IMG/VR virus record: IMGVR_UViG_3300021256_000055 | Coordinates: 135,124 to 199,123 of that record | DNA: 64,000 nucleotides | Direction: 5' to 3' (one strand) | Origin: a virus | Taxonomy: Duplodnaviria > Heunggongvirae > Uroviricota > Caudoviricetes | Shown here: positions 17,835 through 26,934 of the stretch, piece by piece | Layout: the number at the start of each line of letters is the position of its first letter | How positions within the stretch are numbered: the stretch's first letter is position 1 | Program-made: the position numbers and the translations under genes | Notes under the pieces: generated by a model | Told to the model about the DNA's origin: nothing | Seen by the model: the letters and a program-made list of their open reading frames with translations, nothing else | Database searches by the model: none

Positions 17835-19362
17835 ATCTAATGTTATAAATGTCTGAATATTTATCTTTCAAATAGTCGATAAAATAATGTGGATTAAAAT
17901 CCTCATCTGTTATATATTTAATCCAGTCAAGGGTATCTCTTAAATCTGGCTCAGCATCAGTAAATACCCAATCTTTCATCCATTTATTTATTTTACTAAA
18001 GTCACATTTTGCTAAATCGCCTTTAATGTCGAGCTCTTCAGTATCTTCCAACATATAATTGTAATACATTGCATTCAACATATTTCCAATTGCATAAGTT
18101 GGAAAATATCCAAAACCACTTGACCAATGCATATCTTGAAGAATTCCTTCTTTATCATTTGGTGGTGTTATACCAAGATAGTCCTTATATTTATCATTCC
18201 AAATTTTTGGCAAATCTTCAATCTTAGCCTGCTTATTAAGAATAAGCTGTTCAATTTCATAGCGGATTATAATATGGAACGTATATGTTAATTCATCTGC
18301 TTCTGTACGAATAAGTGTTGGCTTAACTTCATTAAGCGCTTCATAAAGTTCTTGTGGAGTTACATCATTAAGTACATTAGGAATAATTTCTTTTAATTCA
18401 TCAAAAATACCAAAAATAAACTCTTTTGATGAGCACAAAACATTTTCATAAAATCTTGATACTGATTCATGTTTTGAAAGAGATTTATTATCACAGAACT
18501 TATCATATGCTTCAGGATTTCCATTCTGCATAAAAAGTGCATGGCCACCTTCATGAATACAGGAGTACATACTATACTGAAAAGCAGTTGGATAATAATG
18601 TGTTGTAACACGTGCATCATTCTTTGTCATCTGCTCTGTAAATGGATGCTCAGACTCTGCTAAAAGGCCCTTATTAAAATTAAATCCAATTTTAGAAAGA
18701 ACTAAATTGCTAATCTTTTTTTGTTGTTCAATAGAAACTTCTCTACTAAGGAAATCAGTCCTAATCTTCTTTTTAGAGTTTACAATCTTTTTAAGAAATG
18801 GTACCATTTCTGTTTTGAACTCACCAAACCAGTAATCCAAGTCCTTAGTTGTAATATCCTTTTCGTATTCATAGAATACAGCATCATAAACATTATCAAA
18901 CTTTGGTTTATCTGCCCACTTATCTAACTGTTCAAAAGTTACATCCCTAACCGCGCTTAGAGAATCCTTAAATAAATTAAAATCACTTGCTTGCTTAGCC
19001 TGTTGCCAATCAGAGAAAGCTTTTAAGAAAACCCTACAATGTTTATCAGCCATTTCCGGAGTAATATTTTTGCTTCTACAATAATCTTCATATAGAAGCT
19101 CAATAGTTTTACGAGCATATTTGTCTTTTATAATATGACGATGCTTATAAAAGTAGAGCATAGTTTTAATATATTTTTTATCTTTGAATCTTTTAAAATT
19201 CTGATTACTGATAAAAGCTTCTAATTCGCTATGCTCATCCATAGCGTCTTTTGGACAAATAGTTTCTCTATCAAAAGCCAATAAATTATTTATACTGTTG
19301 TATTTATTTGATTCTTCTAAAAACTTAATCAAATAATCTCTTTTCTTCTGTACGCTACTCAC
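17833..19362 (-). CDS. M32-family carboxypeptidase (carboxypeptidase Taq-like metallopeptidase)
   Basis: HEGGHALF is the HExxH motif. IRTEADELTY and GILQDMHWSSGFGYFPTYAIGNM match M32 signature blocks (IRxEADE; QDxHW...GYFPTY). Confidence 0.75.
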   Translation of the reverse strand: MSSVQKKRDYLIKFLEESNKYNSINNLLAFDRETICPKDAMDEHSELEAFISNQNFKRFKDKKYIKTMLYFYKHRHIIKDKYARKTIELLYEDYCRSKNITPEMADKHCRVFLKAFSDWQQAKQASDFNLFKDSLSAVRDVTFEQLDKWADKPKFDNVYDAVFYEYEKDITTKDLDYWFGEFKTEMVPFLKKIVNSKKKIRTDFLSREVSIEQQKKISNLVLSKIGFNFNKGLLAESEHPFTEQMTKNDARVTTHYYPTAFQYSMYSCIHEGGHALFMQNGNPEAYDKFCDNKSLSKHESVSRFYENVLCSSKEFIFGIFDELKEIIPNVLNDVTPQELYEALNEVKPTLIRTEADELTYTFHIIIRYEIEQLILNKQAKIEDLPKIWNDKYKDYLGITPPNDKEGILQDMHWSSGFGYFPTYAIGNMLNAMYYNYMLEDTEELDIKGDLAKCDFSKINKWMKDWVFTDAEPDLRDTLDWIKYITDEDFNPHYFIDYLKDKYSDIYNIR

Positions 19363-20206
19363 CTAAAATTACCTTCTTAAATACACGATAGTTTGTATCA
19401 TCATCTGGTCTACAATATACCGCAAACTCAATATTTCTAAAACAATGCTTAAACTCTGGCAAAACTGCCTTGTACGCTTTTGCTACAATTACTGGATCAT
19501 TTCTAAATGCACCACATCCAAAAGCGCCAACAATAAGTGTATCACAACCATTATTTGCAGCAACATTAAAAATACGTCGCGCACGTTTAACATGAAGATT
19601 ATACAAATCTTCATCTGAAATTTCAACCTTCTCTACAGCAAGCTCTTCATTATAAGCATTTTTTGGATTTGGCCGCAAATTCGGTGCAGCACAAGTAAGT
19701 ACATCTACTTTCATCCAGTCGTCATTCTGAAGAATATGATAATTATCTTCCTTAAAAATTACAACTCCAGGAGTATAAATAATATCATCATTATGGAGAG
19801 GCCCTAAACTTTCCCTATGCGGAGTATAAAACTTATCAAAACATTCTTTAATATTAAGGCTGTTATAAAGTGTTGAGCATCTACATAAACATTCTTCCTG
19901 TGCTGAAGAACCTTTTGTTACTCCACCACCTGGTGTAGTTGCTGAAGCAAAATTCAATACACATACTTTATTTGAAATATACTCCCTAGCTGCATCAAAA
20001 GAACTTGACTTTGTAACATATATCTTTGATGGTCCCTGGTATTTATCTTCAGCTTTAGGAATTTCTGTATTTTCCAAAATAATCTGTTGATTTTCAGTTG
20101 CTTTTTCTACAGCTTCCTTTAAGTAAGCCGTAGTTTTAATTCTGTCAACAGTATCATTAAAAACTGAAATATTACTTTCTCTTATTGAAAAAGATTTTCC
20201 TGACAT
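19355..20206 (-). CDS. bacterial-type poly(ADP-ribose) glycohydrolase / macro-domain protein (DUF2263/TIGR02452-like)
   Basis: ATTPGGGVTKGSSAQEECLCRCS matches the GGG-x6-8-QEE PARG signature. The downstream Gly-rich segment GAFGCGAF fits a macro fold. Confidence 0.6.
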   Translation of the reverse strand: MSGKSFSIRESNISVFNDTVDRIKTTAYLKEAVEKATENQQIILENTEIPKAEDKYQGPSKIYVTKSSSFDAAREYISNKVCVLNFASATTPGGGVTKGSSAQEECLCRCSTLYNSLNIKECFDKFYTPHRESLGPLHNDDIIYTPGVVIFKEDNYHILQNDDWMKVDVLTCAAPNLRPNPKNAYNEELAVEKVEISDEDLYNLHVKRARRIFNVAANNGCDTLIVGAFGCGAFRNDPVIVAKAYKAVLPEFKHCFRNIEFAVYCRPDDDTNYRVFKKVILGE

Positions 20207-20759
20207 TTTTAGTTTCCTCCAAACTGTACCTTTCTCTTGAAATTAATTTGTTACATTTATAACATTTACTAATTGTGCCATCTCTAGCAATAATAGTTTT
20301 ATGTCTACAACTATTTTTTTTAGAAAAATTAAAAGTTAGATATGGTATCTTACAATCATACATGCTTATACATGCATCTTTGAAATTATTAAACATAACC
20401 CAATATTTTGTTGACATCCAACAATTTGTAAAACCATAACAAGTTGGCGCAGTAAATGCATATAATTTTGCTATTTTCATACCTTTCTTAAGGCTAAATC
20501 TATCTTTATGACATCTACTTATACCAAATCTAATATCCGGCTCCGTAGTCGCGGTGCCTTCTTTAATGATAAAAGCCGCAAATAACATTATTGGCTTGCC
20601 CTTATCATTTGTAATTACACTATAGAGTTCCTTCTTACAAAGGGTATAAAGGCTCTCTCCCATCAGTATAGCTGTATCTGGTAAGCGTCTAATTTCACTT
20701 ACTAGTTCACCTTTCGCAAGTTTTTGATATGTTTCATTAAAATCTATATACTTACCCAT
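20172..20759 (-). CDS. hypothetical protein (195 aa) with C-terminal CxxC pair
   Basis: Intact ORF. C-terminal CYKC and a scattered Cys/His zinc-ribbon-like arrangement. Confidence 0.45.
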   Translation of the reverse strand: MGKYIDFNETYQKLAKGELVSEIRRLPDTAILMGESLYTLCKKELYSVITNDKGKPIMLFAAFIIKEGTATTEPDIRFGISRCHKDRFSLKKGMKIAKLYAFTAPTCYGFTNCWMSTKYWVMFNNFKDACISMYDCKIPYLTFNFSKKNSCRHKTIIARDGTISKCYKCNKLISRERYSLEETKNVRKIFFNKRK

Positions 20760-21336
20760 ATCTATAGATATCCTTTACCTTCAATGCATTACCTTCTGTA
20801 TAGCATTCCATCATATCAAGGTTTCTAAACTGAAATGTTTTACTATTTATTAAATCATACAGCTCTGAATCACCCTTGCCTGTTAGCTTATTATAAAGAT
20901 ACCTTACGAAAAGGCCATGTGTTACACAAATAATTGCTTCATCTTCTTTTAATTCCATCCCTAAAATTTTTAATATTAAAGCTGATACTTGTTTATCAAA
21001 TGTATCTAGGTCTGGATGACAAATTTCATCAAATTCCTCTTTTGAAATTTCCCAGAATTTTTTATTTCCAAGAGAAGAGCAATCAAGTTCTTTTAATAGG
21101 TCTGTTTCAGTAACAAATTGTGGATCAACTAAAAATAAATTTTTGGCGGTTGAATGACACCTTACAGTTGGCGATACCCAAATTTTAAGAGTACTACATT
21201 CAATATTATTACCTACTTTTTTCCACCAGTCCATAGCATCAAAGGGTTCAATGTCATACTGGTCATAATTTTCTTTCATTTCACCTGAAAGATTTGCTGC
21301 TGTAGGCGCATGCCTAATAAAATATACTTTAGCCAT
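20752..21336 (-). CDS. histidine phosphatase superfamily (phosphoglycerate-mutase-like) protein
   Basis: N-terminal FIRHAPTAAN is an RHG-type motif. A second His lies in CVTHGLFVRYL. Confidence 0.5.
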   Translation of the reverse strand: MAKVYFIRHAPTAANLSGEMKENYDQYDIEPFDAMDWWKKVGNNIECSTLKIWVSPTVRCHSTAKNLFLVDPQFVTETDLLKELDCSSLGNKKFWEISKEEFDEICHPDLDTFDKQVSALILKILGMELKEDEAIICVTHGLFVRYLYNKLTGKGDSELYDLINSKTFQFRNLDMMECYTEGNALKVKDIYRYG

Positions 21337-21361
21337 AATAATTTTCCTATAATAATAAAAT

Positions 21362-21387
21362 AGCCTCAGATTTGATAATCCGAGGCT
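21362..21387 (-). terminator. rho-independent terminator (agcctcagatttgataatccgaggct)
   Basis: 8-bp stem plus T-rich tail on the minus strand. Confidence 0.5.
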
Positions 21388-21393
21388 TTCTTA

Positions 21394-21843
21394 TTAAACC
21401 TTCTTTTTTATTTGAGGTGTATCCTCATAAAGGTAAAGTGTTCCTTCATCCTTATAAGAAATAATCTTAGTATCTGAAGTTTCATAACCAAAAATCAATG
21501 GTAATAAATCCTCACATGCATAAAACTCGGTATAGGCCTGAACATTATCCAAAGGATAAAGCCATAAGGCATACTTGAAATTTTTTCCTTTTGCCTTATT
21601 TAAGTTACTAATAAGGCCTTTAACATAGTCTTTCTGCTTTTCATTCTCCGCAGAAAAGGCTAGTTTTTTATAAAGTCTAAACTGACTTAGCTTTTCTTCT
21701 TTTGTATGGTATACACTAAGAAGATTTTTTACAAGCCTATCATTTTCACGATCAAAAATTTCATACATCAAGACTCTATCAATATCCGATGTGTGGTCCT
21801 TTGAAAGTTCATTTGTTCGATACAATACCATCTTATTCTCCAT
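21394..21843 (-). CDS. hypothetical protein (149 aa)
   Basis: Intact ORF. Conserved motif upstream. Confidence 0.5.
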   Translation of the reverse strand: MENKMVLYRTNELSKDHTSDIDRVLMYEIFDRENDRLVKNLLSVYHTKEEKLSQFRLYKKLAFSAENEKQKDYVKGLISNLNKAKGKNFKYALWLYPLDNVQAYTEFYACEDLLPLIFGYETSDTKIISYKDEGTLYLYEDTPQIKKKV

Positions 21844-21847
21844 GCAA

Positions 21848-21862
21848 TTATAATATGTAAAT
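21848..21862 (-). promoter_or_regulatory. conserved motif instance (ttataatatgtaaat)
   Basis: 4 nt upstream of the minus-strand ATG at 21843. Confidence 0.45.
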
Positions 21863-21876
21863 AATTGACATAAAGA

Positions 21877-22185
21877 CTAGTTATTCATCGGAATATTTTC
21901 AGGTTTATTATTAATTTCCCAAGCATAAGTAGCGATAGCTTTTAATACCTCACTATCACCCGCGTCATATCTGAAAAGACCTTTTCTGGTAGCTACAAAA
22001 TAATCTACACCAAATTGCTTTGCTGCTTGTTCAACTGCATTTACAAAAGCTTCTTCTTTAGAAATAACTTCTGTTCCTGATTCTTCAGGCTTAACATAAT
22101 TTTCAAAGCTGTTATCAACTTCGATTTTAGCGTCCATATTTCCCATTGATGATTCTCCTAATTCTCGTATACTATAATTACGCAT
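21877..22185 (-). CDS. hypothetical protein (102 aa)
   Basis: Intact ORF. Confidence 0.45.
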   Translation of the reverse strand: MRNYSIRELGESSMGNMDAKIEVDNSFENYVKPEESGTEVISKEEAFVNAVEQAAKQFGVDYFVATRKGLFRYDAGDSEVLKAIATYAWEINNKPENIPMNN

Positions 22186-22553
22186 TCCTGCTTAGAATCA
22201 TATGTAAAACAAGAAACTTTTTTATTACCTATATTTTCTTTTATAAGCTTAATTACCGATTCGCCACTACCACCTTTAGTGAAGGACCAATCATGAAATC
22301 TAACTGATATAACTTTTTGACTAGTAGGCTTAGAAGTATCATACATAACAAGTAAGCATTCTTGTTCAGAGTCATATGAAATAACTTCAATATAACCCTT
22401 ACTTAAAAAGTTACGAATTTCTTTTGCAACGGTTTCACCACTACCCGCTTTAGTAAAAGACCAATCACGAATACGTACTGATGCATACCTCTGTTCTGCA
22501 AATACAAAACTACTAACAAATAAAATAATAAGAATACTTAGAAATTTTTTCAT
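22158..22553 (-). CDS. secreted protein with internal tandem duplication (131 aa)
   Basis: Signal peptide. Two about 50-aa repeats: VRIRDWSFTKAGSGETVAKEI...YDSEQECLLVMYD and VRFHDWSFTKGGSGESVIKLI...YDSKQECVIIVYE. Confidence 0.5.
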   Translation of the reverse strand: MKKFLSILIILFVSSFVFAEQRYASVRIRDWSFTKAGSGETVAKEIRNFLSKGYIEVISYDSEQECLLVMYDTSKPTSQKVISVRFHDWSFTKGGSGESVIKLIKENIGNKKVSCFTYDSKQECVIIVYEN

Positions 22554-22555
22554 TT

Positions 22556-23374
22556 TTATCCTCTTAATCCTGCAATATTTATTTGATAAATATGCCCTTC
22601 ACATATTAAATATGCCTGATGATATTTTGTTTCTACCTCAGGAGCTTTAGAATAAATTGTACGTGGTCCACTTTTATAGATAGGCTCTCTACCGTCACTT
22701 ATCATATCATCTCGACCGAAATCTAATGCTACCTGAGCTTCTTCCTGATATTTTTGCTCTTGAAGTTTAATATCTTCTTCAGTTAATTTATCTCGTTTCT
22801 CTTCAGGAATTTCAATATAAGTGTTTTCAAACCTATCAGAATCTACCCTATGTATAACAATTCTTGAATGTGTTAATGGAGGTTCCACAGTACCTACCTC
22901 ATAAGGTGGCTCATATTGTTTTTTAGAAATCCTAAAATTTGGATATAGTTTTATATAGGCAGTAATTGAGGGATCACAATACATTTCAGCTGTTTTATTA
23001 AGACCAATCATAGAAAAAAGACTATCAAGTACTCTTATAGACTGCGCAAAATAAGACTGTACACCTGATCCTTTAACAAGTTCTTTTTCTATAAAAATCT
23101 GTTCACCCTTTTGAGCTTCAAAAACCTTTTTAAGAGTCATAAAGCCTATTTCATATTCTGCCTTTTGTTTATAACTCGCAATGGTATTTTTTATCATGTC
23201 TTCGGGAAGCTTAGTATCTTTAAGTTCTGCTTCCAATTTTTCGTCCCACTGCTTGTTAGACTTAATAATGTGCTTTTTTGTAGTTTCTGAAATAAGATGC
23301 TTATAAAAAGCCTCATACTCAATTTTAGCGGTAGATAAAGTATCATCTACCGTTGTATGTTTTAATATTTCCAC
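22556..23374 (-). CDS. hypothetical protein (272 aa)
   Basis: Intact ORF. Confidence 0.5.
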   Translation of the reverse strand: MEILKHTTVDDTLSTAKIEYEAFYKHLISETTKKHIIKSNKQWDEKLEAELKDTKLPEDMIKNTIASYKQKAEYEIGFMTLKKVFEAQKGEQIFIEKELVKGSGVQSYFAQSIRVLDSLFSMIGLNKTAEMYCDPSITAYIKLYPNFRISKKQYEPPYEVGTVEPPLTHSRIVIHRVDSDRFENTYIEIPEEKRDKLTEEDIKLQEQKYQEEAQVALDFGRDDMISDGREPIYKSGPRTIYSKAPEVETKYHQAYLICEGHIYQINIAGLRG

Positions 23375-23437
23375 TATATCTCCTACGAAATGCCTCTTTA
23401 GTAAAAATACTTAAGGTCTTTTTCTCTTAAAAAATTT

Positions 23438-24226
23438 TTACCAAAGATTTTCAATATAGAAAGGCAAATCTGGATGATAATAGTCAATATTGATATATCT
23501 GCGCTTCCACTTATTACGCTTTATGATACCAACAATATTTTCATTATGATTTCCAACTTTACCAATGCGAATAAATGCATCAAGTTCCTCATAAGAGAAT
23601 CCAAGCTTATCCTCATCTGACTTATATGACCCATCCTCATTTACGGACATACCATCAATTGGAGTTTTATTATAAAGTTTTTCTGGAAGTCCAAGATACT
23701 TTGCAATAGCGCGAACTTCTGTTTTTGTAAATCTTGCAATTGGAGCAAATGCGCCAGTAGAGTCTCCCCAAACTGTATCATATCCACAAGCAGTTTCAGA
23801 AGCGTTACATGTATTTGCAGGATAAGCATTTCCCATCAAAGCAGCAATACCATAAATTGTAGTCATACGAATACGTGCAGGCGTATTTGTACTATACTGG
23901 TCTGATACTTTGCCTTTTGTTTCTTCAAGAATTGTATCAGTTAACTTTTTATAGGCTTCACCAATATTTACTTCAAGGCTCTTAATACCAAGAGCGTCAC
24001 AAGCTGCCTTAGCGTCATCAATATCTTTCTGTTCACCACATGGGAGACGAACCCCAATAACTTTATCAGCGCCAAGTGCTTCTACACAAAGCTTTCCAGT
24101 AGTAGTTGAATCAACACCTCCTGAAATACCAAGTACAACTTTTGCATCTGGGCCCTTATCAGCAAACCAGCTACGAATCCAAGCAATACAGCTTTCCGTC
24201 TCTTTCTTTACATCAAACTTATACAT
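23438..24226 (-). CDS. nadE: NH3-dependent NAD+ synthetase
   Basis: PP-loop GISGGVDSTT. Length of 262 aa and overall layout are typical of NadE. Confidence 0.8.
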   Translation of the reverse strand: MYKFDVKKETESCIAWIRSWFADKGPDAKVVLGISGGVDSTTTGKLCVEALGADKVIGVRLPCGEQKDIDDAKAACDALGIKSLEVNIGEAYKKLTDTILEETKGKVSDQYSTNTPARIRMTTIYGIAALMGNAYPANTCNASETACGYDTVWGDSTGAFAPIARFTKTEVRAIAKYLGLPEKLYNKTPIDGMSVNEDGSYKSDEDKLGFSYEELDAFIRIGKVGNHNENIVGIIKRNKWKRRYINIDYYHPDLPFYIENLW

Positions 24227-24243
24227 TATATACTCCTACATAT

Positions 24244-24258
24244 TATTATATGTAAACT
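24244..24258 (-). promoter_or_regulatory. conserved motif instance (tattatatgtaaact)
   Basis: The 15-mer is identical to the copy at 42686..42700. 18 nt upstream of the nadE start. Confidence 0.45.
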
Positions 24259-24268
24259 GTTTTACAAA

Positions 24269-26146
24269 TTACCAAAGTTCCTTTGTTTCAGGCTTTATAT
24301 TTTCATCCCAATATGCACCTGTAAAGGTTTCTTCATAATCTACGCCTTTTCTATTTTTCGCAAAATATATATCCATTTCTTCGTAGCCGTGCTCGCCTTT
24401 ATCATCTTTCTGATTAGCTGCCTTTACTACATGATAACCAAATTTATACATAATTTTAAGAAATGCAATATAATATTTATACTTAAAGCTTCTTTTAGGA
24501 GAATAACCATCAAATCTCCAAGAACCATTATAATTCTCTATCTTAACATGAATTTTAATACATTTATGATTTTCATAAACTTCATTACTGATATCCAAAT
24601 GGCCCCGTAATATTGATTCTTTACTTACGCCTTCAATATTGGCAAATGTATTTTCTATCTTAGACAAATCAGAAATTCTAATACCATCTACTAATTCTTT
24701 CCAAATAAAATAATCTCTAGCATAATGTTCTTTCTTTTTTTGGTCATCTTCCAGATATCTCAAATAGTAATCATGGTCATGATCACTAGGCACTATTACA
24801 TAATTATCTACTGGGAATACTATAGTATTCATACAGCTATGTATACTTGTACTATGCCAATAACCATCCTTAATTGCATATCTTAGCCAGCTATCTCTTA
24901 ATGCAGTTGTTTCTAATTCGGATATATCTGTATCTTTCTTAACAATATAATTCTTACTAGAATCTAAGTCAATATCAAGATAATCCTCACGATCACCAAT
25001 TTGTGGATGATAACTTTTTGCAAAGATTTTTCCTTTATTTACATCTTGACCATTTACCATAAGTACTTCTGGACGAATAAAATAACTATCTTTACTTCTA
25101 AGATTACCTGTTAAAATTTTAGTAGCTGATTCAATCAAATCCTTCGGAAGTTTACTAAAAGACTTAATAGAATCAATAATGGCTGACATTGTATTATCAA
25201 AATCTTTATATAAATCTTTTACCTCTGTATTATATATTGGAGAATACTCTAACCCAGCGTTTTTAAAAGCTTTAGTTACTCTTGCTTTTAACGATTCTTT
25301 TCCTACAAGGCCATTCTCAATAATATATTGCTTTTCTATAGCATAAGATGAGTCGTCAAGGCACAAGAACCTATCAAAATATCCCTTACTGACTACATCT
25401 GCGAAACTTACATTTACAAGTGTTCCATCAAGATTATAATTCTTTTTAGTATCATATAATGGTATTAAATCAATAATTCCCTTTGCTGTTAAGCTTTTCT
25501 TAAACTCACCAAAATATCTTTTTTCATGAAAGTCCTTACTCTCTACCCAACCACGGCCCATATAATTACAGCCCGACTTGTGATATCCACCAATTTGGTT
25601 AAACCAAACTTCTGCCGTAATTTTTGCTAAGAGCTCATTTGGTGCCTCAACTAATAAAACTACTTTGCCTGTCTTTCCATGGTCCTTTCCATAAGAATCA
25701 CCAAAATCAACATCCGCGTTATAAACTTCACCATCCATCCAATCAGTCATTCTGCTAATAGCGCTGAATAAATATTGCTTCTGTGCTCTATGACGACTCT
25801 GCATTAAATCAGTATACTCTTCATAAGAAAGCTCTTTTTTATATTTAGGAAATTTATAACTTTCAAGATAATTAATATAATTTTCCCCAAAAAACTCTTT
25901 TTGAGTAAGTGGGTAAAATAAGCTATAAGTGCTATGATGTGATCTAGTTTTTGTAACATTTTCAAAAGGATTATGCTTATAATTTTTATTTGTTTTCAAT
26001 TCCCCAAATGCTTTTTCTTCTCTTTTCTCTACATAGCCCTTGAGTGTTACAATATCATCTGCAAAAATACCTGTCTTTAAGCCTTTTGCATCTTTTATAT
26101 GAAGAGCATTAATTACTTTTGATTCATCAAATTTTAATTTTTCCAT
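24269..26146 (-). CDS. large hypothetical protein (625 aa)
   Basis: Intact ORF. No motif I can assign. A His/Asp-rich patch VPSDHDHDYY is present. Confidence 0.55.
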   Translation of the reverse strand: MEKLKFDESKVINALHIKDAKGLKTGIFADDIVTLKGYVEKREEKAFGELKTNKNYKHNPFENVTKTRSHHSTYSLFYPLTQKEFFGENYINYLESYKFPKYKKELSYEEYTDLMQSRHRAQKQYLFSAISRMTDWMDGEVYNADVDFGDSYGKDHGKTGKVVLLVEAPNELLAKITAEVWFNQIGGYHKSGCNYMGRGWVESKDFHEKRYFGEFKKSLTAKGIIDLIPLYDTKKNYNLDGTLVNVSFADVVSKGYFDRFLCLDDSSYAIEKQYIIENGLVGKESLKARVTKAFKNAGLEYSPIYNTEVKDLYKDFDNTMSAIIDSIKSFSKLPKDLIESATKILTGNLRSKDSYFIRPEVLMVNGQDVNKGKIFAKSYHPQIGDREDYLDIDLDSSKNYIVKKDTDISELETTALRDSWLRYAIKDGYWHSTSIHSCMNTIVFPVDNYVIVPSDHDHDYYLRYLEDDQKKKEHYARDYFIWKELVDGIRISDLSKIENTFANIEGVSKESILRGHLDISNEVYENHKCIKIHVKIENYNGSWRFDGYSPKRSFKYKYYIAFLKIMYKFGYHVVKAANQKDDKGEHGYEEMDIYFAKNRKGVDYEETFTGAYWDENIKPETKELW

Positions 26147-26172
26147 TATTATCTACCATCATAATTTAATTT

Positions 26173-26859
26173 TTAGTATAAACGGCATTTTGCATTTTCA
26201 CCAAATTTATCTTTAACAAACTTAAGAAACTTATTATGCTGAGTCCAATAATCTTTTATATCTTTATCCAAACAAACATAATCCTTGCAGCATCTCTCTA
26301 GGCGTGCTGATACAGGCATTCCCTTTACTGGTCTATACTTTAACATTAAAAATGGTCTAGGACTAGTATAATATTGATCTAGGAGAATATCTCTGTTTTG
26401 TCCCAAATAATGAATACCAAGATGTGCTAAATAGCTTCCTTTTTCAATTTCTGAGTCATTATATGACTTTACAGGATAGCCATCCTCATCGAAATTATCT
26501 ACAATAACATAGATTCTACCTGGTAATAAATACTGTAAAGTTGTTTCATCATGAAAATTTGGCTCAAATGAACATACGGGCTCTTTTTCCATTTTTCTAA
26601 TAGAAACTTTATGCGTATCATCGTCTATAATTGTTTCAATTTTTTTAACTTTCCAAACTTTTGCTGAGGCCCCCGCTTTTGAAACGCGCTCTGCATCTCT
26701 TTCTGCAACTTCAAGGTCATTATACAATAGCGCAAGGGTTTTATCCTTTGTATAATTATAAGTTTTATTTACATCCCACTGGCAACTAAATCTATCACCT
26801 GGTACTGGTTTATAATACATTGATTTACAATAATCGTCTGAACATTCTATTAAGTACAT
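26173..26859 (-). CDS. hypothetical protein (228 aa)
   Basis: Intact ORF. Confidence 0.5.
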   Translation of the reverse strand: MYLIECSDDYCKSMYYKPVPGDRFSCQWDVNKTYNYTKDKTLALLYNDLEVAERDAERVSKAGASAKVWKVKKIETIIDDDTHKVSIRKMEKEPVCSFEPNFHDETTLQYLLPGRIYVIVDNFDEDGYPVKSYNDSEIEKGSYLAHLGIHYLGQNRDILLDQYYTSPRPFLMLKYRPVKGMPVSARLERCCKDYVCLDKDIKDYWTQHNKFLKFVKDKFGENAKCRLY

Positions 26860-26906
26860 ATATAGCTCCTTTTAATATAATATATAAATAATTCTATAAA
26901 AGTATA

Positions 26907-26929
26907 AAGCCGAGCAAAATACTCGGCTT
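26907..26929 (-). terminator. rho-independent terminator (aagccgagcaaaatactcggctt)
   Basis: 8-bp stem, T/A-rich flanks. Sits 3' of the purA-like gene. Confidence 0.5.
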
Positions 26930-26934
26930 TTATA

